Shown here: positions 16,399 to 24,092 of the stretch, piece by piece
Layout of the letters: each line of letters starts with the position of its first letter
How positions within the stretch are numbered: position 1 is the first letter of the stretch
The notes under the pieces: model-generated
Databases searched by the model: none
The model's input: the letters and a program-made list of their open reading frames with translations, nothing else
What the model was told of the DNA's origin: nothing
Origin: an uncultured Candidatus Saccharibacteria bacterium
Lineage (GTDB): Bacteria > Patescibacteriota > Minisyncoccia > Phycocordibacterales > DSPV01
Assembly: GCA_964629505.1 (NCBI GenBank)
Contig: CAZVQR010000002.1
Coordinates: forward strand, 1-28,968
Direction of reading: 5' to 3'
DNA length: 28,968 nt
Program-made: the position numbers and the translations under genes

Positions 16399-19164
16399 TT
16401 ATTTCTGATACTTCGCCGAAACTTCGGCTTCTACGGCGGAGCGTTCGCGGCCAAATTTGAGATAAGAAAGCTCTTTGAGCTGGTCCACTTGGGCGGGATT
16501 GCCGCGGCTAGGCGTGATGGTTTCCATAGAAAACGGCTTGACCGTTTTGCCGTGAGCCAAAAGTTTGATATAAGCGTTGTAATTATCCAAATTCATCAAA
16601 TCCTTGGCGGTAAAAACAGGCGCGAATTGTTTTTCCAAAAACTCCGCGTCCTCAGCGCCCACCCGAAAAGCGGCAATGGAACCGACATTGCCGAAAACCG
16701 AATCCTTAATTTTCTCATCCAACTGTTTGATGAACTGATGAGCAACAGAAAGCGCCAGCCGATACTTGCGAGCTTCAGAGAGAATCGTGGCAATGGAATC
16801 GGTGGTGATGTTTTGAAATTCGTCTATATATAAATAGAATGGGGGCAAATCTTTACCCAAAGAATCCACCCGCGACAAAGCCGCCATCAAAATTTTGCCG
16901 ACGATAATCAGGCCGATTAAATTGGCATTTATGTCGCCCAGCCGGCCCTTGGACAAATTGACCAGCATAATTTTTTTGTTGTCCATAATATCGCGTAAAT
17001 TCCATGAGGATTTTTCTTGAGCGATAATCGGCCGCATAATGTCGTTCGCCAAAAACACATCAAACTTACTGGTGATGTAAGGCACGATATTAGCCAAAGC
17101 TGCTTCACCACCGGCTTTTTCCGCCACTTCTCGCCAAAACTGAACCACCACCGGATTTTTACAGCGGGAAAGTTTCAAATCCCGAAAAGTTTTATTAGAG
17201 AGCGCCCGCGACACATCAATTAAAGTGGAGCCGGACTCGGGGTCTTCAATCACCAGGAGCGTGGCGTTGCGGAAATATTGCTCAAACATAGGCCCCATTG
17301 ATTCGGGGATGGCGCCGTAAAGTTTTTGGAAAATACTGAACAATTCATTGACGACAAAAGTTTTCTGCTCGGGAAAAGCTCGATTGTATTCCAACATATT
17401 CAAAGCCATCGGTCGCGGGGTGTAAGCCGGGTCAAAATAAATCACATCTTCGTAACGGCTGGCTGGAATTTGCGCCAAAATATCCTGGATGTCCGAGCCG
17501 TGCGGGTCAATAAAGCAGACACCTTCACCGCGAGCAATATCTTGAACAATCATATTTTTCAAAAACGCGGTCTTGCCCGTGCCGGTCTGACCGATGGTGT
17601 AAAAATGGCGCAAGCGGTCTTCCGGCGCCAAGAAAATTTTCGTCTCGGCGTTGCGGTCACGATTAACGCCAAGCAAAGTGCCAGTAGCAGACAAACCCAG
17701 CGGCGCCGGCGCCGTCGCCGCTTTGGAAATTTTGAGTTGCGGCGCGGCGCTGATGGTCTGGCCCGGCAAGTGCATTATAGTAGTTAGCTCGCGCAGGTTC
17801 AGAGGCAAACCAGTGCGCTCATCAAACAGCCGATAGGAAAAATCATGGAGCAAATCCGTTAGGCGACCACGCTGTTTTCTTTCAAAAATAATCTTATTGC
17901 CATGATGCGAGTTTTCCAATTGATTGAAAGCTGATTCCAAGTCCGCCAAAATATCTTCCGCTTCCCTTTCCGTTCGCGCCGAAGCAATCAGCCGAACACC
18001 GGCAGAAATTATCGGCGTGGCAATTTTTTGTTTAATATTTTCTACCGCTTTCTCATCTACTTTTGGCGGTTCTTTGATTTTCTTTTCTGCCTCTTTTTCT
18101 TTTTTCTTTGACGAACTGAATAATTCTTGAGCCGCCTCGCGGGTAAATTTCCAAGCGTGTTGGCCGAAAGTGTCGGGAATATCCGTCGCTTCGCCAATTT
18201 TTTCACCTTTAGTAATCTGGTCTAGCGCGTGTTTGTAACGCTGATGATACTTATCGCCGGCTGGCGAAAAAATAATCTGAATTGCCGCTCCTTCTCCCAC
18301 CTCCTTGATTTTTGAGAAACTGTTTAATATGACATTTAATGGGTCATGGTCAAATTGCTCATAGGTTTTCAAAGGAAAAATCGGATTATTGCCGAGCGTC
18401 GCCACCGAACCAACAGCCGAACCGGTATCATTGAAAATGTTGTAATCGTCCTTGCGCTCGGCGATTTTAGCGTTGGGAAAAATTGAAAGAATCTGTTTTT
18501 CAAAAAGATTTTTCTTGGAATCAGGCACGGCGGCGTAAAAAATGAATTCGCTGCCTTTATTCTCCACCGCCAATTCCAAAGTAAAGTAATTGGGTCCAGT
18601 GATTTTTTCGTCGGCGACGGAAAGCATACCAGCGTAAAATTGTTCCATTGACGATAGGAGTTCTTTTAGGGTCTTCGGCTTGTCTTCTTTGGCCGCTTCC
18701 GGCAAATTGATTTCGTAAAGTGTCATCTGCAAAGCACGGAACAAATAATTTTTTTTGCCCAAACCGATGTCAAAACCGGCCTTGACCAATTGGACTAAAA
18801 ATTTTTCAAAATCGTCGTCCAAGTGTGGGTTGCGAAATCGCGCCACCACCGCCATTGCGTTCTTTATGCCCTTGGTGCGAATGATTTGAATCAGCTCCAG
18901 CATTTGCTGGTCGTGCGATTCCGGCGACAAACCGAGCGCCAAACTTTCCGTTTGCTCTTCTGGCAAATGGTGTGCCTCATGCAAAACCGTTTCCGCCGGC
19001 ACTTCACGATATCGTTTCACTTCCTCTTGAGCCAATCGCTCACGCGAGCTTTCTACTCCATTTTCTTTCAGCACGCGCTCGCGCCGCTCCACTTCAGCCC
19101 GCAAAAAATCCAGCTCCGCCTCGGGAGTTTTAAATTTTTCTCGAACTGTTGAACGGGTTTCCAT
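16399..19164 (-). CDS. TraD/TrwB/VirD4-like (FtsK-HerA superfamily) ATPase with a long N-terminal extension
   Basis: DRLRHFYTIGQTGTGKT (Walker A), IDPHG, LYIDEFQN (Walker B), LSEARKY, AHQF-x-x-QL, FGNVG. Confidence 0.88.
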   Translation of the reverse strand: METRSTVREKFKTPEAELDFLRAEVERRERVLKENGVESSRERLAQEEVKRYREVPAETVLHEAHHLPEEQTESLALGLSPESHDQQMLELIQIIRTKGIKNAMAVVARFRNPHLDDDFEKFLVQLVKAGFDIGLGKKNYLFRALQMTLYEINLPEAAKEDKPKTLKELLSSMEQFYAGMLSVADEKITGPNYFTLELAVENKGSEFIFYAAVPDSKKNLFEKQILSIFPNAKIAERKDDYNIFNDTGSAVGSVATLGNNPIFPLKTYEQFDHDPLNVILNSFSKIKEVGEGAAIQIIFSPAGDKYHQRYKHALDQITKGEKIGEATDIPDTFGQHAWKFTREAAQELFSSSKKKEKEAEKKIKEPPKVDEKAVENIKQKIATPIISAGVRLIASARTEREAEDILADLESAFNQLENSHHGNKIIFERKQRGRLTDLLHDFSYRLFDERTGLPLNLRELTTIMHLPGQTISAAPQLKISKAATAPAPLGLSATGTLLGVNRDRNAETKIFLAPEDRLRHFYTIGQTGTGKTAFLKNMIVQDIARGEGVCFIDPHGSDIQDILAQIPASRYEDVIYFDPAYTPRPMALNMLEYNRAFPEQKTFVVNELFSIFQKLYGAIPESMGPMFEQYFRNATLLVIEDPESGSTLIDVSRALSNKTFRDLKLSRCKNPVVVQFWREVAEKAGGEAALANIVPYITSKFDVFLANDIMRPIIAQEKSSWNLRDIMDNKKIMLVNLSKGRLGDINANLIGLIIVGKILMAALSRVDSLGKDLPPFYLYIDEFQNITTDSIATILSEARKYRLALSVAHQFIKQLDEKIKDSVFGNVGSIAAFRVGAEDAEFLEKQFAPVFTAKDLMNLDNYNAYIKLLAHGKTVKPFSMETITPSRGNPAQVDQLKELSYLKFGRERSAVEAEVSAKYQK

Positions 19165-19202
19165 CCACTACATTATATCCCGAATTACAAAAGGAAAACA
19201 TC

Positions 19203-19257
19203 ACCACCCCTTAATTCCCCTCCTTGATAAGGAGGGGTGGCCGAAGGCCTGGGTGGT
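19203..19257. repeat. REP-like three-way-junction palindrome
   Basis: ACCACCC...GGGTGGT enclosing CCCCTCCTT-GAT-AAGGAGGGG and GGCC-GAA-GGCC. Confidence 0.75.
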
Positions 19258-19268
19258 TAAAACCACAT

Positions 19269-19296
19269 TTGACAAATTTTGTTTTTGAGCGAAACT
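19269..19296 (+). promoter_or_regulatory. Putative sigma70 promoter
   Basis: TTGACA-16 nt-GAAACT; weak -10. Confidence 0.35.
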
Positions 19297-19327
19297 AAAA
19301 GCAGAAGAAGCGAGCAGAAAGGCTTAT

Positions 19328-19531
19328 ATGAAAAGTTTTAGCGATGTAAGAGAAGCGGCGCTTTTGATTTTAGTCAGCCAACTAAAAGGTGTAACCCCGC
19401 ATGGCACGGAAATCTGTATCTCTTGCCACAAAGATACTGGCGTCCTCGCCAGTATTGATGTCCGTTTGCGCAAAAACTACATCACCAGTCAAGGGCAATT
19501 ATGTGAAGGTTGCGCCGAAATGTTCTGCTGA
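19328..19531 (+). CDS. Small CxxC...CxxC (probably Zn-binding) hypothetical protein
   Basis: CISC...RKNYITSQGQLCEGC; AAAGG upstream; own terminator. Confidence 0.7.
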   Translation: MKSFSDVREAALLILVSQLKGVTPHGTEICISCHKDTGVLASIDVRLRKNYITSQGQLCEGCAEMFC

Positions 19532-19552
19532 CCGAACAACCAAAACCGCCTC

Positions 19553-19586
19553 GCCCCTCCTCTGAATGAAGAGGGGCTGTTTTTTT
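19553..19586 (+). terminator. Intrinsic terminator
   Basis: GCCCCTC...GAGGGGC-TGTTTTTTT. Confidence 0.7.
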
Positions 19587-19601
19587 CAAATTTTAAATTT
19601 T

Positions 19602-19631
19602 CACCTAAATTTGCTATCGCAAAATTAGGTG
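19602..19631. repeat. Small inverted repeat
   Basis: CACCTAA-ATTTGC-TATC-GCAAAA-TTAGGTG. Confidence 0.55.
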
Positions 19632-19661
19632 CGAACTGGATTTGATTAACTCAAAAAGATA

Positions 19662-22229
19662 TTAACTCAAAAAGCTGGTGAAGGCCTGGCGGAATTTGCG
19701 AACATAAAAACGATTAGAAGAAGCAAAGAAAGTCCCGATGATAATCAAGACTAACCAATTCAAACTGCGCGGTATAGTAACAAACGGCAAGCCGGCAAAA
19801 ACCGCCGCCGTTTGGCTTAAATCGTAGCTCGGTCGAGAAACGAAAACCATTTTACCGAAGAAGTCGGAATCAAATGGCTGAAACGGCGGAAAGGCGCTGA
19901 TATTTTTACCGCCGGCGGCATTGCTTGACCCGCCCGATTTAGTTTTTTCTATCGGCTTCAGCTCGCGCTCAATGTCGGACGGTCCCGGCACGGCGGTGGT
20001 GTCCGACACCGCAGGCGCGGCCGAAGCCAGAACCGGTTCGGATTGCGGCAACCACTCGTCACCCATCATAACAACCATCGTTGACGCCTCGTTTGACTCG
20101 GCGAACCAGCCGTAAAACGGGTTAAGCGACTCGTGGCGACTAAACGCCTTCACCTTGGCGGTGTTGGTGTAGCGGCCGGCGGGCACCCCCGGCGGGAAAA
20201 AAGAACTGTAAGTTACGGTAATCTCTTCTTTTGGAAAAATCGTTTCAAGCGGCCAGCGCTGTTCACCCACCACCTTGCCATTCTGGTCAGTTAAGGTATC
20301 AATGAGCTCGGCGCGGTAGGCCTCGCCACCGTCATTTTTGACGACAATTCTGTAATCAACGGTAGTAGAAGCGTAAATTATCGCCGGGCTCGTGCGTTCC
20401 TTGGTCAAGGAAAGTATCGGGTCAGCCGTGAAGTTAACCCTGGCTCCATTCACAAGCAAATTCTCTCGTAGCCGTCGCATAACCATGAGTAAGGTGTCGG
20501 TATTGTCGGCCGTATTAGCGTCAGTTTCTGTCTCCATCACCGTTACAGTGCCGTGGGCGATTGTTTCTCCATACTGAAGCTGTCCAGTTACATCCGCATC
20601 ATAAGTGAGATCTCTGGTCGCACCCGGAGCGAGGTTCCCGATTTGCCAAACCGCTTCGCCCCCAGCAACGTTCGCAAAACTGCCAAATTCAAGAACGTGG
20701 GTGCCCGGCCGAAACCGAAGCGTCACGTTACTCGCCTCGGCGTCGCCATGATTGGCTACCGTAAAACGATAACGGACTTTGTTGCCCGGTTCCAGTGCCC
20801 CCGGCACCTCGGCCGCGCCACCCACCCAGAGGTCTGGTTGACCAAAGGAAAAGTTGCCACCCCAATCGCCGAAGATGTTGAAGATGGCGAGAACCCAGTT
20901 AGAACCGATCACGTTCGTGTTGGCGACATTTATAACATTGGCGGCGGCGTAAGCGTCGCCGGTATTAACCTCCGCTTTGCCCTCACCGCTTTTCGCTTTA
21001 TTCTCACCGGTCAAAGCGTAAACCGAGATGTCGTTTTGGATGGAAACATTATTACTGTTTGAAACATTAAGCGCCGACGAAACGGTGGAAGTTGAGGAGG
21101 CGTTCTCATCGTCAGCTTCATCGCCAACCGAGAAAAGTTCCATCCCAAACGGCGTCTCGCGCCAGCGCATGCCGTCGGGTAAATTAAAAACACTGCCGCC
21201 CCAGCGGCCGAAGACGCGCACCAAGATTGAAACCTTGGCGCCACCGAAAATGTTTTGATTGACTTGGTTTATCACGTTGGAACCGGCAAAAGCGGCGCCG
21301 GTATTTACACTCGCATCGTTCGCACCGGACTCGGCGCTGTTTCCGCCCGTGTCGGCGACGGTATCAAGATTACTTGAAACCGCCGCACTGTTTTCATTTT
21401 GCACGCTCGTCCCCGACGCCGTAGTCGCCCCCGGCCGGCGGCCTAAAAGAAAGCGGCTAAAGAAGTCGGCGTTCGGCAAAACCACATCGCCGCCCCAACT
21501 GCCGAAATTATTGAAAGTCATCAGAAAGTAAGTTGAGTCAACAATGTTGGTATTGACGACATTCATAACATTGGCGGCGGCGTAAGCGTCGCCGGAGGAA
21601 ACAGAGGCGTCACCGGAACCGGATTCGGCATTGTTTCTGTCGGTTCGAGATACAACCGCCACGCTATTCCTGACCTCGGCGGTATTTTGGTTTTCCACTC
21701 GGGGCGGGTGGGTGCCGAGATTCCCACACTCGGATGACTCGCAAGGTAATTCTGTCGGCGAAGAACTGGCAACCGGTTCCATGGTCGGCCGCAAATCAAG
21801 GTGGCCAAACGAGCCGAACATATTACTTAAAAACAGAAATAAACCGTTGGAGTTGAAGAGATTGATATTGACGACATTCAAAAGATTAGCGACAGCAACG
21901 GCTTGGCCGGACTCTACGGAAACACCGACGCTCCCGCCCGCTTGATTGTCTCCAGTCGCCACCTCGCTCACCGTGTCAGAAAGCGAAACCGCTTGCCCCG
22001 TATCAATCTGTGGGGCGTCGCCAGTTGTGATTTCAGTCGTTTCCTCAATTGGCGCGGCGACTTCTTCGGTTAGAACAACAATTTCTTCCGTCGGCGGGTT
22101 GTCGGTTGCGGGTTGTAGGTTATCGGTTATCTCCTCGGCAAAAATTGGCTTGAACGGCAACACCGCCAGCATAAAGCTAAACGCGATTACCAAGTTTCTT
22201 TTTTTAGAATTTAAAAATTGAAAAAACAT
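19662..22229 (-). CDS. Large secreted protein: four N/T/G-rich repeats, two DUF11/CARDB-like Ig domains, C-terminal transmembrane anchor
   Basis: Signal peptide ...KPIFA|EE; repeats TG-x-N...TGDAYAAANVxNVxNTN; YRFTVANHGDAEASNV and YRIVVKNDGG...YTNTAKV; WLVLIIIGTFFA then a basic tail; start probably 22229 rather than 22268. Confidence 0.8.
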   Translation of the reverse strand: MFFQFLNSKKRNLVIAFSFMLAVLPFKPIFAEEITDNLQPATDNPPTEEIVVLTEEVAAPIEETTEITTGDAPQIDTGQAVSLSDTVSEVATGDNQAGGSVGVSVESGQAVAVANLLNVVNINLFNSNGLFLFLSNMFGSFGHLDLRPTMEPVASSSPTELPCESSECGNLGTHPPRVENQNTAEVRNSVAVVSRTDRNNAESGSGDASVSSGDAYAAANVMNVVNTNIVDSTYFLMTFNNFGSWGGDVVLPNADFFSRFLLGRRPGATTASGTSVQNENSAAVSSNLDTVADTGGNSAESGANDASVNTGAAFAGSNVINQVNQNIFGGAKVSILVRVFGRWGGSVFNLPDGMRWRETPFGMELFSVGDEADDENASSTSTVSSALNVSNSNNVSIQNDISVYALTGENKAKSGEGKAEVNTGDAYAAANVINVANTNVIGSNWVLAIFNIFGDWGGNFSFGQPDLWVGGAAEVPGALEPGNKVRYRFTVANHGDAEASNVTLRFRPGTHVLEFGSFANVAGGEAVWQIGNLAPGATRDLTYDADVTGQLQYGETIAHGTVTVMETETDANTADNTDTLLMVMRRLRENLLVNGARVNFTADPILSLTKERTSPAIIYASTTVDYRIVVKNDGGEAYRAELIDTLTDQNGKVVGEQRWPLETIFPKEEITVTYSSFFPPGVPAGRYTNTAKVKAFSRHESLNPFYGWFAESNEASTMVVMMGDEWLPQSEPVLASAAPAVSDTTAVPGPSDIERELKPIEKTKSGGSSNAAGGKNISAFPPFQPFDSDFFGKMVFVSRPSYDLSQTAAVFAGLPFVTIPRSLNWLVLIIIGTFFASSNRFYVRKFRQAFTSFLS

Positions 22230-22728
22230 TTTTGAAAATTTTAGAAATCCAATTTGAAATCCTCTCATTAAAATGCCGCGCGCGCCCTGCGTAATCTGAC
22301 AAAGCGGGGGTTGTAGTTGGTTGCCAGCCCGAGGCTGGTCCGCCTTGGGCGGATTGGTCGTTTGTTTTCACCTTAATCTTCGTTGTCGTGCTGGCGGTGC
22401 CGGTGGCATGCTCAAATTTCTGCTCAAAATCCGTGTCGCCAAAAAATTCTTGTTCAAAATCCTCTAACACTTCGCCATTGACCTCGGTTTTCACCTTAAC
22501 GCTGGCTTGGGCTTCGCCGTTTTGAATCGTGCCGCCAGTGCCAGTGGTAGTATTGCCGCCAGTTGAAGCCGAAACAGAAACATTATTTTCCACCACCGTC
22601 TCCGTAGCAGTCGGACTGCTACGGACATCTTCATCATCAAAAAAATCAAACGGCCAAAAAGCCGCCGCGCTCAATGGCATCAATGTCAGCAAACCAATCA
22701 TCATTTTTGTAAAAATTTCTTTCTTCAT
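22204..22728 (-). CDS. Secreted protein with one degenerate N/T/G-rich repeat
   Basis: Signal ...SAAA|FWPF; VENNVSVSASTGGN...IQNGEAQASVKVKTEVN; amphipathic C-terminal helix. Confidence 0.8.
   Translation of the reverse strand: MKKEIFTKMMIGLLTLMPLSAAAFWPFDFFDDEDVRSSPTATETVVENNVSVSASTGGNTTTGTGGTIQNGEAQASVKVKTEVNGEVLEDFEQEFFGDTDFEQKFEHATGTASTTTKIKVKTNDQSAQGGPASGWQPTTTPALSDYAGRARHFNERISNWISKIFKNVFSIFKF
22324..22353. repeat. 30-nt twin-hairpin element in frame inside the 22204-22728 gene
   Basis: Minus strand TCCGCC-CAA-GGCGGA CCAGCC-TCG-GGCTGG = SAQGGPASGW, flanked by CAA on both sides. Confidence 0.8.
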
Positions 22729-22747
22729 CTCTTGAATTTTTCTTAAC

Positions 22748-22771
22748 GTTACAAGTTACAGGTTACAAGTT
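22748..22771. repeat. Heptamer tandem array
   Basis: GTTACAA GTTACAG GTTACAA GTT. Confidence 0.75.
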
Positions 22772-22781
22772 TTTTCCCTTC

Positions 22782-22847
22782 CTCCCTCGCCTCCGAGCTC
22801 CTGTCACAAGCAGAAGCTCGATTCGCGAAGGGAGAAGCCTTAGGCTT
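22782..22847. repeat. Intercistronic hairpins after the 217-aa secreted-protein gene
   Basis: CTCCC-TCGC...CGAGCT...AGCTCG...GCGA-A-GGGAG plus AAGCCT-T-AGGCTT; no U-tract on the minus strand. Confidence 0.6.
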
Positions 22848-22867
22848 TTCAACTTCAATGCGTCACA

Positions 22868-23521
22868 CTAGATCTTTTTGACCCGAATGACAGTTGAGTT
22901 AACAACATTGATAACCGTTGACCATGAATCGGCTGTGCCGGTCTTAATTTTTCCACCGTCGCCGCCATTGGAGTCGGTGTTACCGCCACCAGTTACGTTG
23001 TCATCATTCTTGTCGCCGGTGATGTTGCCGTTATTCTTCACTTTGGTCGAGGCGCTGCCACCGTCGGCAGAGTTCAAACCGGTATCGGCTGTGGTAATTA
23101 CCTTGTTCTTCACCGTTGTGTCTGTGTTCTGAACCTTAACCTTGATCTTACCCTCGTCGCACTCACAGCTGGTCTTCACCTTGATATTGGTGGAGTTGAC
23201 ATCGTTCAGAACATCCGCGGTCGCAACGGCGTTTCCGGTCTTTACCTTACCGCCATTACCTCCATCGGAAGTGACATTGCCACCACCAGTGGTGTTCCAA
23301 TCATTCTTGTCGCCGGTGATGTTGCCGCTATCCTTCACTTTGGTCGAGGCGCTGCCACCGTCGGCAGAGTTGCCGCCGCTACTGGCTGTGGTAACCACGT
23401 AATTTTTTACCGTCGTATTATCGTTCTCGACTTTGATAGAAATACCATCACCATTCGCCAACGCCGGAGCGGCTGACGCCAAGAAAGCGACTACCGCGAC
23501 TAACGCAATTAATTTTTTCAT
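22868..23521 (-). CDS. Secreted protein made of two ~99-aa N/T/G/K/V-rich repeats joined by a CECD linker
   Basis: Signal ...APALA|NG; 297-nt period; 39-nt identical blocks at 23036-23074 and 23333-23371. Confidence 0.9.
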   Translation of the reverse strand: MKKLIALVAVVAFLASAAPALANGDGISIKVENDNTTVKNYVVTTASSGGNSADGGSASTKVKDSGNITGDKNDWNTTGGGNVTSDGGNGGKVKTGNAVATADVLNDVNSTNIKVKTSCECDEGKIKVKVQNTDTTVKNKVITTADTGLNSADGGSASTKVKNNGNITGDKNDDNVTGGGNTDSNGGDGGKIKTGTADSWSTVINVVNSTVIRVKKI

Positions 23522-23684
23522 TTTCTTTTTTCTTTTATTTTAATAATTTCCTTTTTCTTTCTCCGTCCCTTAAGGGATTACGGAACAAGAAAAAGTTTTT
23601 TACCCCGCCCTAGAACAAAACAAAATTTGTTTGGGCTTGGGGTCGACCACCCCGACTCCTCGCGAAGCCAGACCAAAACCCTCG

Positions 23685-23819
23685 AGGAAACGAAATACCT
23701 TTCTCGGCATATGTCTCGCGGGGCACGGATAAATTTCTACTGAAATTTTCCTCGTGCTCGCGCCAGTCGCGCTCGCAAGCCCCCGCTTAACATACGCCTT
23801 CAACGGTATTTCGTTTTCT
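23685..23819 (-). repeat. Structured dispersed repeat, copy 2
   Basis: Same core and loops as 9110-9229, with different but still complementary stems. Confidence 0.9.
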
Positions 23820-23864
23820 TTTTTTAAGAGCTTCGGTCTAGGAATTTTCCGCAAAATGAAAAGC

Positions 23865-23898
23865 AAAAAGCCGCAAGCGCTAAAACGCCTTGCGACTT
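23865..23898 (-). terminator. Intrinsic terminator/attenuator ~85-115 nt after the promoter
   Basis: AAGTCGCAAGGCG-TTTTAG-CGCTTGCGGC-TTTTT. Confidence 0.65.
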
Positions 23899-23987
23899 GC
23901 CAAAAACTTTTTATGGCGGGAAACCCTGCACATCTAATTACTGACTCGCCTTGGTTTCCCCTCAAGACAAATCCGTTATACGAAAGT

Positions 23988-24015
23988 ATTATATCGCCCC
24001 ACCTTTTGCTGTCAA
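23988..24015 (-). promoter_or_regulatory. Consensus sigma70 promoter
   Basis: TTGACA-16 nt-TATAAT. Confidence 0.75.
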
Positions 24016-24020
24016 CAATT

Positions 24021-24050
24021 TTGTCAACAAAAAACTATCTATGATATAAT
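24021..24050 (+). promoter_or_regulatory. Divergent sigma70 promoter
   Basis: TTGTCA-18 nt-TATAAT with extended TG. Confidence 0.6.
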
Positions 24051-24092
24051 AGTCACGCGGTGTCAATTTAATCTCCTCAATTCCGAACGGCA

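Noticed and set aside
16399..19164. Conjugative element or ICE
   Set aside because: No relaxase, VirB genes, integrase or att sites are seen; the gene sits among chromosomal genes.
19328..19531. c-type cytochrome (CISCH)
   Set aside because: No signal peptide, and a second CxxC suggests a Cys4 metal site instead.
22868..23521. CRISPR array or DGR template/variable repeat
   Set aside because: Only two copies at an in-frame 297-nt period; differences are not adenine-specific; no cas or RT gene in the window.
9110..23819. Invertible segment or composite transposon bounded by the inverted repeat copies
   Set aside because: No recombinase or transposase, the outer ends differ, core genes lie inside, and gene orientation is unchanged across both boundaries.
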